This document shows, one piece after another, positions 21,412 to 31,456 of a stretch of 64,000 nt of DNA. Source of the DNA: Alphaproteobacteria bacterium. GTDB taxonomy: Bacteria; Pseudomonadota; Alphaproteobacteria; Bin95. Numbering within the stretch: the first letter of the stretch is position 1; the number at the start of each line of letters is the position of its first letter. The position numbers and the translations under genes were made by a program. The stretch spans positions 416,001-480,000 of the forward strand of contig OZ224045.1 of assembly GCA_963665325.3 (NCBI GenBank). The letters run 5' to 3'. Below the pieces are notes generated by a model. That model ran no database searches and was not told the DNA's origin. It saw nothing but the letters and a program-made list of their open reading frames with translations.

Positions 21412-22293
21412 CTACCGATTGAGGGTGCGTTGCCAATCTTTTCGGAGGGGGCGGAGCCAGATGTCCTTTTTCGGCTGAGCTCGTTTGGTATGCCTGTCGT
21501 AGCGGCCACGGCCCTGGGTGGTCCCGACGCGGGTCCAGCCCGACGCCTTGTAGACGGCGCCGGTGTATCGCGGGGTCTCGACGAAGGTTTCGATCAGCAC
21601 GGGGGTGGTGCCGTAGCGCTCGGTCCAGTCGGTGGGCAGGCGCCGGCGCACGATGGCGAGGATGTGCGATCCGAGGTTGGGGATCTGGATCCACGGCAAT
21701 ATCAGGAAGCGCGGGTTGTCGACCACGAGCGGGAGGTTCTTCTCGCGCTTTTCGGGCGACCATCCGATGAAGTTGTCGCGCGGGGCGAGCTTCCAGGCGG
21801 CGGTGGAGAAGCCGAGCATGGCGACGGGCCAGCCGTTTCGGTCGTGGACGGCGTAGCGCATCTGGGCGCCGACCAGGGTCTTGTATCCGAGATAATGGTA
21901 GCGGGCGACGAACTCGTTCCAGAGCCTGCCTTCCCGGGTGCTGTGCACGACGGCGCGGAAGTCGAGCGGACGGACCTCGTCGAGGGTCGTGGGCGCGGGG
22001 AACAGCGGCGGCTCGGTGTCGGGTCCGAAGACGATGGGCCTGGGCCGTCCCCGCTGCCACCTGGGCGGCGGCAGTTCGATGAGGCCGTCGCGGTGCATGG
22101 CGAGCATGGTGACGCGGGCCATCATATCCTTGAGCCCGCCGTCGGGCTTGATCCAGCCGATGCGCCGGCAGAACTCGATCGACAGGGCGCGGCGGGAGAG
22201 CGATGCGGGACCGGCGATGAGCGCGCGCAGCAGCGCCATTTCCTCGGCGGTGAAGTCTCGGCCGTGGTAGCGGCACTCGACCGCGCCGGTCAT
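21412..22293 (-). CDS. DUF4338 / Druantia DruA-like protein
   Basis: HYLGY, LGFSTAAWKLAPRDNFIGW, NPRFLILPW..IPNLGSHIL, IETFV, YKASGW..G.TQGRG; ATGA overlap with tnpC stop. Confidence 0.85.
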   Translation of the reverse strand: MTGAVECRYHGRDFTAEEMALLRALIAGPASLSRRALSIEFCRRIGWIKPDGGLKDMMARVTMLAMHRDGLIELPPPRWQRGRPRPIVFGPDTEPPLFPAPTTLDEVRPLDFRAVVHSTREGRLWNEFVARYHYLGYKTLVGAQMRYAVHDRNGWPVAMLGFSTAAWKLAPRDNFIGWSPEKREKNLPLVVDNPRFLILPWIQIPNLGSHILAIVRRRLPTDWTERYGTTPVLIETFVETPRYTGAVYKASGWTRVGTTQGRGRYDRHTKRAQPKKDIWLRPLRKDWQRTLNR

Positions 22294-24455
22294 CCCGACG
22301 CCGTGAGTTCGCGCCGGCGCTCCTCGCTCATCGACCACGGCAGCCAGGGCGAGAGGTCGTCCGGCGGATTGCCGCCGTTTTCCGCGCACGCGGTCAGCCA
22401 TTCCCTGAGCCAGCGCCGGACGTCGATGCCGTTGATCGCCAGCGTGCCAGCCACCGAGTACATCGTCGCCGTGAACCCGGCGCCTTTCTCGCTGTCGGAG
22501 CCGAACGAGAGCCGTCGTCCGATAACCGCGAAGCGCAACGAGAGCTCGCCGCGGTTGTTGTCCATGGGCACGAACGGCTTGTCGACGAAGACGCACAGCC
22601 CCCCGCGGTGGTTGAGAAGCGAGCGCAGCGGCTTGGCCCTGCGCGCCCTGTCCGTCAGCCCGGCCAGTTCCGCTTCGGCGGCTGCGAACAGCTCGTCGAC
22701 CTCCTTCTTCAGCTTGGCGTGCGCGATATCGAACGCCGGCGACTGTCGTTCGAGGGGGTGAGCGGGGTCGTAATGCTCCAGCCGATCGTCGTTCAGCCGG
22801 TAGATCAGCGCGATCCGCTCGATCCATCTCTGGCACCAGCGCCTGAGCCGCACATGACCGGCGGCACGGTCGATGAACGAGCGCCTTTGATGTGCCCAGC
22901 ACCATTGCAGGATCACCTTGCCGGCGAGTTCGCGAGCCAGCTTCCTGTAGGCGCTGAACCGGTCGCAGACCAGGACCACGGTATCCTTGACCGAACCGAA
23001 CAGCTTCATCGCGACCTCGGCGCTGCGCGAGGGGTCGATGTGGAAGTAGACGGCATCGTTGCTGACCGAGATCCACAACCAGGCGCGGCTCGACCGGCCT
23101 TTCTCGCGATACGCCTGAACGCGCCAGGATGTTTCGTCGGCGTGGCGCAGCGCGGCCTCGTTCTGGTGCGCGAGGATCGCCTCGGCCAACGGTTCGAACA
23201 GCGGCACGAAGCGCTTGATGCTGTCGGCCAGGGTCCCCGGCGAGATCGCCAGCCCCATGTCGGCCAGCCAGGCCGCGACCCGATGCAGGGGACGGCAGCA
23301 GACGAAGCGCTCGTAGAGCATGCACGTCCATACGCTGATCCCGTAGGGCGTGGTCTCGAACAGCCGCGTCACCGGCGGCGCGGTCACCTCCCGCGGCGCG
23401 GAGGCGCAGTCGCAACTGTGGCGCCAGCGCGACCGCACGATGGTGTTCTCGTAGGCCTCGACATCGATCTCGAAGAGAGTGGTGCAGCGCTCGCCGTTGG
23501 CGGCGTAGGGCTTGCCGCAACGCGGACACACACGCGCTTCCTCAGGCGGGTCGCGCGGTTCCTTCTTCTGCCCGAGCCCGGGGCGCTGGGTGCGGCCGTG
23601 CCCGGCGGCGCCGCGCTGCTGGCCGCGCTTGCGCCCGGTGCCCGGCCTCTTCTGCTGCTCGCTCCTGCTGCCGTAGAGCGCCTTCGACAGGACGCTCCGG
23701 GTCGAGCGCAGCTTGTCGAGCTGGGCTTGCAGCGTCTCGACCTGCGAGGCCAGCGCCGCGTTCTCGTCCTTCAGATCCCGCACCTCGGCGCGCAGCCGGG
23801 TATTCTTCTCCCGCAGCGAGGCGATCAGCTCCGTGGCCCGCACGATCGCCGCCCGCATCCGGGCGTTGCGTTCGCGCAGCCATGCGATCGTGCCCTCCCG
23901 GGTCTCCACCAGCCGCCTGGCCGCCGCGAGCTGCCGGTCGAACTGCTTGCGCAGCGACCCGGCCACGCGCTCGCCCTTGCGGTACACCTTCGCGATCCGC
24001 GAGCGCTCCCGGTCGATGTCCTGCTTCAGCCAGTTGATCTCGTCCTGGTGGCGTTTTTCGATCCGCTCCTGGCGCTCGTGAGACCTGCGCAGCGTGAGGC
24101 GAAGATCGGCGATTTCGTCGTCCTGGGACTCGACCCTGCGCTCCAACCCCTTCGCGGCCCGCGACGCGGTCTTCGAGGTCGCCGTCTTGAGCTTGAACCG
24201 GCAGGTGTCGAGCTGCCTCGTCAGCGAGTCCGCAAGCGCTCGGGCATCGCTCTCCGACCGGCGCAGTTCCTCGCGGCGCAACTCCGCCACAGCCGCGCGG
24301 CCCCGTTCCTCCTTGACGCGCGCCTCCGCCTCTTCAAGCAGAGACGCCCAGTCGAGCGGCTCGCGCGCCGGCGCCACGACGGGAAGCGACCACAGCATGT
24401 CGCCGCCCTCGGCCGGCGTCAGGTCGGTGACGAAATCCGCCTCGAGAACCGCCAT
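22290..24455 (-). CDS. IS66 family transposase TnpC with long N-terminal coiled coil
   Basis: LYGSRSE, CPRCG zinc finger, HADETSW, CDRFSAY, CWAHQRR, DNNRGE, WLPW. Confidence 0.93.
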   Translation of the reverse strand: MAVLEADFVTDLTPAEGGDMLWSLPVVAPAREPLDWASLLEEAEARVKEERGRAAVAELRREELRRSESDARALADSLTRQLDTCRFKLKTATSKTASRAAKGLERRVESQDDEIADLRLTLRRSHERQERIEKRHQDEINWLKQDIDRERSRIAKVYRKGERVAGSLRKQFDRQLAAARRLVETREGTIAWLRERNARMRAAIVRATELIASLREKNTRLRAEVRDLKDENAALASQVETLQAQLDKLRSTRSVLSKALYGSRSEQQKRPGTGRKRGQQRGAAGHGRTQRPGLGQKKEPRDPPEEARVCPRCGKPYAANGERCTTLFEIDVEAYENTIVRSRWRHSCDCASAPREVTAPPVTRLFETTPYGISVWTCMLYERFVCCRPLHRVAAWLADMGLAISPGTLADSIKRFVPLFEPLAEAILAHQNEAALRHADETSWRVQAYREKGRSSRAWLWISVSNDAVYFHIDPSRSAEVAMKLFGSVKDTVVLVCDRFSAYRKLARELAGKVILQWCWAHQRRSFIDRAAGHVRLRRWCQRWIERIALIYRLNDDRLEHYDPAHPLERQSPAFDIAHAKLKKEVDELFAAAEAELAGLTDRARRAKPLRSLLNHRGGLCVFVDKPFVPMDNNRGELSLRFAVIGRRLSFGSDSEKGAGFTATMYSVAGTLAINGIDVRRWLREWLTACAENGGNPPDDLSPWLPWSMSEERRRELTASG

Positions 24456-24541
24456 GCGCGAGACGGTAGCGCATGCGCGACTTAGTTACCAGTGAGAAAA
24501 ATCAGTGGGAGGCTACGATCCCCCGGGACCCGAACGGTTAC

Positions 24542-25130
24542 CGTCGATGTCGAGCGTGATCGCCGCCGGCGGGGACGCGAAGGAGCGGCAGAAGATGTCG
24601 ACCAGGGCGGCCGTCAGGCGCCCCGTCTCGCTACTGGACGGCGCGTTCTCCAGCCGGCTCATGGTAGGCTGCGAACAGAGATCGCGGCCGCTCTCCGGCG
24701 CCCGGCCGACCGCCAGCTTGAACAGCGGATCGGCGCGCAGGTCGTCGCAATCGTCGGCGTCCTCATACCCGCAGGCGATCGCGAACATGCGGAACCGAAG
24801 CATCGCCGGCAGGCTGTGGACGACCCGGTCGGGGTCGCGCCATTCCCGGATGCAGCCGGCCAGCGTCTCGGCCAGGCCGAGCCGGCGCTCCGCCCCGCGC
24901 AGCAGGACCAGCCCACCGTCCGACGAGATCGAACCGCCGGCGAAATCGGCAGTCACCTTCTTGCGGCTTACGGCTGGAAGATCGAACGGGAGAAGGGTAT
25001 CATCGGTCATGGCGGGCGTGGCGCTTTCGTTGCTTCGGCAGAAATGCGCTGGGAAACGAATTTCTACCCGAATCCAACGGGTTACGCCACGTTCGCCACC
25101 ATGCCTTCAGACCCTGATGAATACATCAGG
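24542..25130 (-). pseudogene. IS1380-family element 5' fragment (transposase N-terminus 25010-24542) cut by IS66
   Basis: FAGGSISSDGGLVLL, IACGYEDADD, SQPTMSRLEN, ITLDID then IS66 IR; CC-starting end CCTGATGTATTCATCAGG at 25130. Confidence 0.85.
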
Positions 25131-25335
25131 TTAGACCGGTTGCCGGGGCAGGTCAATGGCGAGTACTCGACATGGCGAGTACTCGGCTGTATTCCGTCTG
25201 ACACTTCTGTCCGACGCCCAGCAAGAGGATTATCTCGACGATGTTTGGCAGGTCTCGCATATTTCTGCCATCGTTGAAAACCGTATTAGAAGGCTAATGA
25301 CAACTGGGCTCCGAACAACAAAGGACTAATGGTAA

Positions 25336-25989
25336 ATGCCATCAAGCGCACTAAGGAAGTTCGAAGGCCCAATGATGCGGGATGTTGAGCGCATTATTGC
25401 GACGCATGCGGATATGCAGGCAGGGAGCCCTGGGAACATGGGACTTGGGCATCTGACAAGAGCAGGCGTTCTTTTCCTATGCGCCGCATGGGAATTATAC
25501 ATTGAGGAAGTGCTGAATGAAAGTATCAAACACTGCATCCAGAAGAGTTCGTCACCTGAAGATCTCCCAAAAACGGTAAAGAAGACAATTTCCCAATACG
25601 TACGTGATTCCAAACATCAACTCAAGCCAATCGGTATGGCAGGAGACGGCTGGAAAACGATTTACTCTGAAATCGCTAGCGAATGGGTCGTCGGACTCAA
25701 TACACCCAAATCTCACAATATCGATCAAGGTTTTCGTACACTCGTGGGTATTGAAAAATTATCTGAAAACTGGTCTTTAGGGGCCGCCGTAGTGAATAGC
25801 TTCGTCGAAGTTAGAGGGGATATAGCGCACCGTGGATCGGATGCAGGCAACGTTCATATGAGTACGTTGAAGAATGCCTATAAAGAACAAATTACAAAAT
25901 GTGTCCTTGAAACAGATAATGCTTTATCGAATTACATCAGGAATGCGTTTTCTCCTACAAGCTATCCATGGAACCGGCGTCAAATATAG
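25336..25989 (+). CDS. HEPN-domain protein (RiboL-PSP-HEPN / MAE_28990-like)
   Basis: AAWELYIE, NTP, RGDIAH (RxxxxH); visibly lower GC than flanks. Confidence 0.75.
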   Translation: MPSSALRKFEGPMMRDVERIIATHADMQAGSPGNMGLGHLTRAGVLFLCAAWELYIEEVLNESIKHCIQKSSSPEDLPKTVKKTISQYVRDSKHQLKPIGMAGDGWKTIYSEIASEWVVGLNTPKSHNIDQGFRTLVGIEKLSENWSLGAAVVNSFVEVRGDIAHRGSDAGNVHMSTLKNAYKEQITKCVLETDNALSNYIRNAFSPTSYPWNRRQI

Positions 25990-26279
25990 TCTTCGTATTC
26001 GTTACTTGGGCAGATCGGCTAATTGCAGTCTGCGGTCGGGTTCTGTAGTCAAGCAGCATACTAAGATCCACGCTGGGGCAGGATCATGCTTCTGTATACG
26101 GTTAGCCCGGTGGCCGCCGGTAGCTTGGGTCAAGCGCGGGGGGGCGGGTCAATCCAGCGGTCGGGCTCACGAGGTGGCTCAGCAATTTTCTCGACCTCAC
26201 CCATTTCGGTTTTCCCTGGCCTCGGGACATCTGCTACGCGGGTTCTTCTAAGTGATCGCTCGCAGCTGCCTTTTGCTCG

Positions 26280-26420
26280 CCGGGGGGCGGCGGAAGACGT
26301 GATGGCCCGTCCATATCCTGTGAAGCATGATCGCCAGCTTCGTGGTGACCGCGAATACGGCTCTCTTCTGTCGCCGGCGCCGCGCTACGCGAATTCCGCA
26401 GCTCTTGTGGACCGATGGCC
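26280..26420 (-). pseudogene. IS110-family transposase C-terminal remnant
   Basis: Minus strand translates CGIRVARRRRQKRAVFAVTTKLAIMLHRIW, matching the IS110 'A.VA.ARKLA..LH.MW' tail. Confidence 0.6.
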
Positions 26421-26947
26421 TGGCGCGGTGCCCGGAACCACCCCAAGCTTGTGTCCCGGCCGCAAAGCGGGAGCGGTCGCTGTCTCGGATCGGTGCACCC
26501 CGCGCCCCCTACGGGCGCGCGGGGTGGCCGCAGTTCGTCTCCCGGCCCCAAAGCCGGGGCGGTTGACGTCCGCAGTCTCACGGCGGATCGCAATGGCCGG
26601 ACGAAATTCCCGGTTCTTCGGGCGTCTCGGCGGTTCGTGGACTGCTTCGGTTCAGCGGGCACCCGAGGAATGAATGCGGGCCGGGTCATCAAGTCGAATG
26701 TCGAATTTTTCAATAGCGGGACTTGGGCAGGCGGCACATGGCGCCGAAACACCGTTGAGGTATGCCGAGGCGTAAACATTCCGTTTGGCCGTGGAGGTAG
26801 TTTTCTACAGTGTGGGCCGGCGTGGGTGCGGGCCGTCCGTCCAATCTCTCCTCGTTACAGCCATCACCTGCCTCGAACCCCTCCAGGCTTGCAGCCGCCC
26901 CGCGAGTCCCCCGCCTTCGCACAAGCAGATCGAGTTGGCCGAGCTGC

Positions 26948-27301
26948 TCACTTCTTCGTGCAAGTGCCTTGTATCGTCACGGTCGTCTTTCCGGCGATCT
27001 CCTTCACAGCGCTGAAGATAGCAGAAAAATCAGACTGTGGTTCGACAACGGAGCCTGATCCGCTACTTACTTTCTTACGGACAAGATCATCCAGAACGAC
27101 AACATCGCCACCCTGCCCCACACATAGGGCCTCCATCCTCTCCGTAGCCTCGTCAAAAGCCTTCTCAACGCCGGCTTGTATGTGTGGCGTCTCGTAAGTC
27201 ATCGTCATCTTGCCGCCATCAAGCCACGTGAGGCTGGCGCTCGTGCACGCAGCGAGCATCGGGACTGCGAGCAACGCGGGCAAGGCTGAGCGCATCTTCA
27301 T
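26948..27301 (-). CDS. small lipoprotein, unknown function
   Basis: GGAGGAGG RBS, signal peptide with lipobox LAAC. Confidence 0.7.
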   Translation of the reverse strand: MKMRSALPALLAVPMLAACTSASLTWLDGGKMTMTYETPHIQAGVEKAFDEATERMEALCVGQGGDVVVLDDLVRKKVSSGSGSVVEPQSDFSAIFSAVKEIAGKTTVTIQGTCTKK

Positions 27302-27672
27302 CGATCCTCCTCCTGATGTACATTCAAGCATGACGGGTTCGTCGCGGTCGAATCAGCAAGGCGATGATACAGGCGCAGATGTCCATAGCCACCGCTTTTC
27401 CCAAGCCGACCAAACCGGCCGCTGATCGCCAGCAAATATGCGCTCTTCCTGACCGTCATCTACACCACGCCCAAACGGAACGGTTACGCCGAGGCTGTTT
27501 CGAGGCCGCCATGGACAGCATCTATGTGCAGAGGTATCCGGGCGGGAACGAAGTGCCCCAAACCCTCAGACCCACAAGCAGCCCGCGTCCTCCCGCTGCC
27601 GCGGCACGCGAGGCTCTGCGGGGCTCCAGAGATCGCGCCCTGTTCGGGCGGCGGCGCGCTCCGGTCGGCCGC

Positions 27673-28182
27673 TTATCCCTGCATGTGCCTGTAGGCGAGA
27701 AGCCCGGTCAGGAATGCGTCGGCCTGAAGGCTGCCCCGCACCCGGCGCCAGTCCCGAAACGCCTGTTCCGCCAGATCGGCGAGATCGAGCGCTTCCCGCC
27801 GGGTAAAGCGGAGCGCGCGGTTGTAGTCCGCGTCGTGGCGGGCTTCCTGAAGCTGGACGAAGGCGGTGGCGACGTCGATCAGCGGCTGTTGAACCTGCTG
27901 GCGGTCCAGGCCCGACGCGAGCCTGGGCGGTATCGACCTCCGGGTGAACGCAACGGCGGTCTGTTTCATTGCGGAGTGGCGAAAGGCGCGAGCGAGACTG
28001 TCACGCAGAGGGCCGCGAACGTTGCCCGCCAGCATGAGTTTCGTCGCTTCGTCGACCAGAAGGTGAAAGAGGGCGTAATAGGAAGCCGATACCGAGCGGC
28101 GAAGGCTGGCCTGGGTCGGTTTCTTGGGCTCCTTGCGGGCCAGGAAATGCGCTTGCTTCAACAACTCCGCATGAAGGCTCAT
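27673..28182 (-). CDS. HEPN-domain protein (toxin-like)
   Basis: LRRSVSASYYALFH and LQEARHDADY, typical of HEPN/UPF0332-like proteins. Confidence 0.8.
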   Translation of the reverse strand: MSLHAELLKQAHFLARKEPKKPTQASLRRSVSASYYALFHLLVDEATKLMLAGNVRGPLRDSLARAFRHSAMKQTAVAFTRRSIPPRLASGLDRQQVQQPLIDVATAFVQLQEARHDADYNRALRFTRREALDLADLAEQAFRDWRRVRGSLQADAFLTGLLAYRHMQG

Positions 28183-28460
28183 GCCGAATGCTCGACCTCG
28201 GATGCGCCGCGGAAACGGACGTAGACGAGCATGGAGGAATCGGTCTTCTCCTCGACGAGATCGCGAATGATCGAGCGCAGTCGCGACCGCTTGGCGAATT
28301 CGACGTCATCGTCCTTCAGCATCGCCCACACCCAGACGGCGGGATCGTCGGTCGAGTCGGGGCCGGTTTCGACATGCCAGCTGCTGACAGGGGTGGGCAG
28401 TTCGGGAAGCTGGCGAAGCGCGGCTTCCAGGGTGCTTGCGGCGATGTCCATGTCGGTCAC
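28179..28460 (-). CDS. small protein coupled to HEPN gene (putative antitoxin / degenerate MNT)
   Basis: ATGA overlap with HEPN; 'GPDSTDDPAVWVW...VYVRFR' motif. Confidence 0.6.
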   Translation of the reverse strand: MTDMDIAASTLEAALRQLPELPTPVSSWHVETGPDSTDDPAVWVWAMLKDDDVEFAKRSRLRSIIRDLVEEKTDSSMLVYVRFRGASEVEHSA

Positions 28461-29347
28461 CCTCTTGGTCTGTCAGCGGCAGTGCCGTGTACATATGTGT
28501 CCTGAGGGCGAGTATGGTAGCGGCGGCGACTGCCTGCAACCTGAACGGTGGCTGGGAATCACGTCGCGCTGCGGAGTGCGGTTGACGATCGAGGCGCATG
28601 GCGGCCTCGCTCGGCATCGGGATGCAAATGCCTCGGATCGGTATCGAATCCGGCATTTCGTGGGAGCCAATTCGCTGCCGGCAGGCGGCCTCTGGATGTT
28701 TGGCGTTTCCGCTACCATGCGCCAGGACCTTCAGACCCAGAATCCGAAGGTCCAAGAACTCGGTGACGGCCCGAGATCGTGACGAACGCCTACGAACAGC
28801 GGTGTTTTCAGCGACTTGCCGATATTGGCGACGAGCGCGGTGGGAACCGCATGGGAATCGCACCGTTTGCAGCGCCGGGCGGTGGTTGGCGGCATCCGGC
28901 CATGGAACGGTCGCAGTTGTGTTGTCGGCGGTGGCCGAGGACCGTCATCGCCGGTCCCCCCCGCGCGGCCGGCTGCGTTCCCACCAAGGCCCGCCGCGGC
29001 CCGTCAGCGCCGACGCACCCGCAGCCACGGCCAGCGGACGCCGCTGACGCCGCCCGCGGCCATCCCGGCGTAGCCGAACAGCGCCTTGACCAGGGTGAAG
29101 GCCGCCGCCAGCGCGGCCGTCTCAAGTCTCCGGCGCTGCAATTCGCACCGGGAACCCCCGGGGCGCAAGATACAAGACCGTGCGCATCCTGCCGGCCTGC
29201 CGGGCGGCGTTCGTGGCGCGCTCCTGCCCGCCAGCCGTCTTTCCGGGCGGCGCCTGCGGATTGAGCGATGTGACGCGGCCGCGCGTTGACCCCGGACCGG
29301 GGGCGGAGCACCATTCGAGTTCGTCGGGATACGCGGAGGAATGGACA

Positions 29348-30295
29348 ATGCGCCCCATGATCGGGTTGTTCGCGATCCTCGTCGCCCTGGCCCTCTCCGG
29401 GTGCGGCGGACACCGGGAGGACATGGCGGCGATGGCCGCCGGATCCGGCGCGGGCGCGGAATCCGGCCCGCCGGACTGGCTGCTGGACGCCGGGACCGCA
29501 TCGGGGAACATTGCCGGAAGCAATGCGTACGCCATGACCTCGGACGAGCTTTCGGCGCTCGACGAGAGGATCGTCACCAGCGCCGACACCTGGATGCTCG
29601 GCGGCGTCTACCGCTCCCCCGGAGAGTTCCCCGGCTACGCCTGGGGGGCGGCGTGCACGGGCGGCGCCTGCAGGTACGGCGCGAGCGGGGAAGGGAACCT
29701 GGACGGTTTCTTTTTCGATGCGGAATACCAGCCGGTCATGGAACGCGGGGGCATCCGGCTCGGCCAGGCCTTCTACGACGCGACATCCAATCCCGACGCT
29801 CCCCAGGAGCTCACCGGCTACGGCGCCTGGATGCATTACAACACCTTTCTCGTGCAGATCAGCTTCCATCCCGACAAGGGCGCACCCGACTCGGTCCAGG
29901 CCGCGCCCTATTCGGTCGGCCGTGCTTCCGGCACGAATCCGGTATCGGGATCGGCGTCGTGGACCGGCGTCGCGGTGGGCACGGACCTGAACCGGCTGTT
30001 TCCCATTCCCGACATGCTGCAGGGGGATGCCGGGATCGTCTACGACTTCGGCGACTCCTCGGTCGATGTCACGCTCGACAATTTCGTCAATCTGAGGACC
30101 GGCGCCGCCGCGGGCCACAGGATGGCGTGGACCGGCGTCGCGGTGAATGACGGGGCGTTCTCGAAGGGCACGCACTGGGACAGCGGGCATGTCGCGGGGA
30201 CGTTCTACGGCGGCTACCACGAGGAGGCCGGCGGCGTGTTCAGGTCGGGGTCGATCGCCGGGTCGTTCGGTGCGTTCCGGTCGGACCGCCAGTGA
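29348..30295 (+). CDS. surface lipoprotein with transferrin-binding-protein-like beta-barrel
   Basis: Lipobox LSGC; SASWTG..VG, GDA...F..SSVDVTL, GTFYG..HEEAGGVF, GSFGA. Confidence 0.75.
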   Translation: MRPMIGLFAILVALALSGCGGHREDMAAMAAGSGAGAESGPPDWLLDAGTASGNIAGSNAYAMTSDELSALDERIVTSADTWMLGGVYRSPGEFPGYAWGAACTGGACRYGASGEGNLDGFFFDAEYQPVMERGGIRLGQAFYDATSNPDAPQELTGYGAWMHYNTFLVQISFHPDKGAPDSVQAAPYSVGRASGTNPVSGSASWTGVAVGTDLNRLFPIPDMLQGDAGIVYDFGDSSVDVTLDNFVNLRTGAAAGHRMAWTGVAVNDGAFSKGTHWDSGHVAGTFYGGYHEEAGGVFRSGSIAGSFGAFRSDRQ

Positions 30296-30700
30296 GTTGA
30301 GCGTGCGCGCGCTCGCCACGCAGGCGACGACGCCACGCGCCGGGTCGCCCATCGCTCCACCGCCGATCGGCCCGAAATCGCCGTTGAAAGCCTGCGCCCT
30401 CTCAAGGCGCTGCACAAGCTCATCCGCGAGGGACGCGTCGAGCGCGTTCCCGAGGGGGGATACCGCATCGCCGCTGCCGTCAATGGCAGGGGCTGCCGGG
30501 AGCCGTTACCGAAAACCGTTACCGCATCGAACCCCTAGGGAGGCAGGGGTAGAGTCGAGGACTGGCGCGCCAGCTTTAGGGTCCGGTGCCTGTTCCGTCG
30601 CTTTCGCTCCGGGCCGCAGTCCGGCTCCCATGACCGCGTTTCCAGTCCCCGCTCATCAAACCGTGCGTGCGATTTTCTCGCACACGGCTTTCGGACGAGA

Positions 30701-31312
30701 TCATGCCTTCGCGCTCGGAAGGCCCATAGCCGTCCGCGTAAGGCGCATGAGGCCGTATTCATCGTGTAGCCTCTCGTCCGGGAAGCGCACGAACGTCCCG
30801 AACTTCACCTTGTGCTTTCGACAGAGCCACCGGCGCAGCCGTTGAACAGCGTGTCGGTTGACCGCGCTATAGGCTGGGCTGACGTGCCCGAGGCTGAAGT
30901 AGTTCGCCCATCCGGTCATTGTCCGGTTCAGACGTTCCACAACCACCTCCGGCGATTGCCAGCAGTGCCGTCGCGTCGTCATTGCGCTGATCCTGCGGCA
31001 GATGCCCCGGACGCTCGCCTTGGTGGGTCGGGTTCCCGTGTAGGAGCCTTTGCCGGTCGGGCGATGGATGCGTCCAATACGGTATCCCAGAAACTCAAAC
31101 GCGTCCTCCGGACACCGCAGGCACCGGGTTTTCCGTTCGTTGATCGGGAGCTTCAAACCAGCCATGAGCCGCTCGACCGCCGCCAGCATGTCCGCCGCCG
31201 GGGCTTTGCCGACCACACAGAGATCGTCAGCGTAGTTCACGATTTCCGAACGGAAGCGCCGGGCAAAGCCCAGCGCCTTCCAGCCCAGCACGAAGCGCCG
31301 CATGTAGAGGTT
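30701..31312 (-). pseudogene. ltrA: group II intron RT/maturase, 3' half
   Basis: NLYMRRF, YADD, FEFLGY, maturase X domain GWANYF; no HNH domain. Confidence 0.92.
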
Positions 31313-31322
31313 ACTGGCCAGT

Positions 31323-31413
31323 GGATATGGGAACCTTATGATTCTGGGAACCTGAGCCGCTGCGGGCGTTGATTATCAAGGGATTGGACGCGACTCAGGT
31401 TCCCATAAGAATG
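31323..31413 (+). repeat. RIT left inverted repeat (91 bp)
   Basis: Exact reverse complement of 34928-35018; internal GGGAACC/GGTTCCC sub-repeats. Confidence 0.95.
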
Positions 31414-31456
31414 TGCTCTTCTCCTGCTGGTTTTGACCCTGGACAGGAGAATCAGC

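Larger units (their letters stand above)
21326..24541 (-). mobile_element. IS66-family element (no tnpA/tnpB; carries DUF4338 gene)
   Basis: Terminal inverted repeats GTAACCGTTCGGGTCCCGGGG ... CCCCGGGACCCGAACGGTTAC enclosing tnpC and DUF4338. Confidence 0.92.

Noticed and set aside
21412-22293. Complete Druantia system
   Set aside because: No DruE helicase or other Dru genes in the window
21412-23529. 705-aa DUF4338 fusion ORF
   Set aside because: The N-terminal part overlaps tnpC out of frame; real start is the ATG at 22293
25156-25185. Tandem ATGGCGAGTACTCG duplication upstream of the HEPN gene
   Set aside because: Two copies only; no further context to assign a role
28560-28860. Possible decayed integrase C-terminus and att-like sequence
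   Set aside because: Only faint, frameshifted resemblance; cannot be supported without a search
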